Source: Octopus sinensis (Eukaryota). From it: 17,839 nt of DNA. The notes beneath the pieces were generated by a model. The model was not told the DNA's origin. It saw nothing but the letters and a program-made list of their open reading frames with translations, and searched no databases. Numbering within the stretch: position 1 is the stretch's first letter; each line of letters starts with the position of its first letter. Below are positions 17,047-17,839 of this stretch, piece after piece. The DNA is taken from the NCBI RefSeq assembly GCF_006345805.1, contig NW_021824734.1, positions 1 through 17,839 of the forward strand. The letters are read 5' to 3'. A program made the translations under genes and the position numbers.

Positions 17047-17776
17047 TTTCGGAGGAGGAGGGGGAAGTCGATTACATCGACCCCAGTGGTCAACTGGTAC
17101 TCCTTTTATCGACCCCCTCCTCCCTCCTTAAAGGATAAAAGGCAACGACAACCTCGGTGGAATTTGAACTCAAAGACGGACGAAATGTTGTCAAACATTG
17201 TTTTCTACTCCGGCACAGGGCCCGAAATTTTGGAGGAGGGGGCCAGTAGATAAGATCAACTCTAGTACGCAACTGGTACTTAATTTATCGGCCCCGAAAT
17301 GATGAAAGGCAAAGTCGACCTCGGCGGAATTTGAACTCTGAACGTAAAGACAAACGGAATACCACTACGCATTTCGCCCGGTGTGCTAACGTTTCTTATT
17401 TCTTTATTGCCTACAAGGGGCTACACACAGAGGGGACAAACAAGGACGGACAAACGGATTAAGTCGATTATATCGACCCCAATGCGTAACTGGTACTTAT
17501 TTAATTGACCCCGAAAGGATGAAAGGCAAAGTTGACCTCGGCGGAATTTAAACTCAGAACGTAGCGGCAGACGAAATACCTATTTCTTTACTACCTACAA
17601 GGGGCTAAACACAGAGAGGACAAACAAGGACAGACAAACGGATTAAGTCGATTATATCGACCCCAGTGTGTAACTGGTATTTATTTAATCGACCCCTAAA
17701 GGATGAAAGGCAAAATCGACCTCGGCGGAATTAGAACTCAGAACGTAGCGGCAGACGAAATACCGCTAAGCATTTC
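17047..17776 (-). mobile_element. Cluster of four same-strand SINE units of a third family (Nin-domain-like core), including a 184-bp tandem pair
   Basis: Units at about 17047-17190, 17225-17396, 17397-17580 and 17581-17776. All carry (on -) GTTCAAATTCCGCCGAGGTCGACTTTGCCTTTCATCC...GGGTCGAT...AGTACCAGTT...GGGGTCGAT-like sequence. 17397-17580 and 17581-17764 are 184-bp direct repeats. Confidence 0.88.
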
Positions 17777-17803
17777 TGATGAAGAGCCAGACTCGAAACG
17801 TTA
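17776..17803 (+). ncRNA. Minimal hammerhead-like core
   Basis: CTGATGA-A-GAG-CCAGA-CTC-GAAA-CGTT, with a 3-bp stem II and palindromic AACGTT. Stem I is absent because the SINE abuts at 17776. Confidence 0.4.
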
Positions 17804-17839
17804 CAGTCACCACCTCTTTCTTTACATCTCAAACTGAGC

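Noticed and set aside
17397-17764. Regular direct repeats considered as a CRISPR-like array
   Set aside because: Whole 184-bp units repeat with no unique spacers, they are SINE-derived, and the context is eukaryotic.

Overview
AT-rich, microsatellite-dense animal genomic DNA. Its tRNA-derived SINEs resemble those I recall from octopus, so a coleoid cephalopod (probably Octopus) is inferred, not proven. The only supportable host gene is on the + strand: three coding exons (8081-8202, 10307-10528, 14493-~14617) that splice in frame into a 156-aa Rab-binding domain (SHD1 helix, four-CxxC zinc finger, SLEWFY/FGSAKV SHD2) of the Slac2 type (MyRIP/melanophilin). The gene continues beyond what can be traced here. 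The rest is intronic or upstream DNA. It contains decayed LINE fragments (CR1/L2-group, RTE, R4/Dong-like), a 400-bp non-autonomous Helitron, a mariner MITE, two foldback elements, a 364-bp inverted duplication, at least three SINE families, hammerhead-ribozyme-like cores and long simple repeats. Almost all ORFs in the supplied track are microsatellite or transposon artefacts, and the real exons are absent from it.
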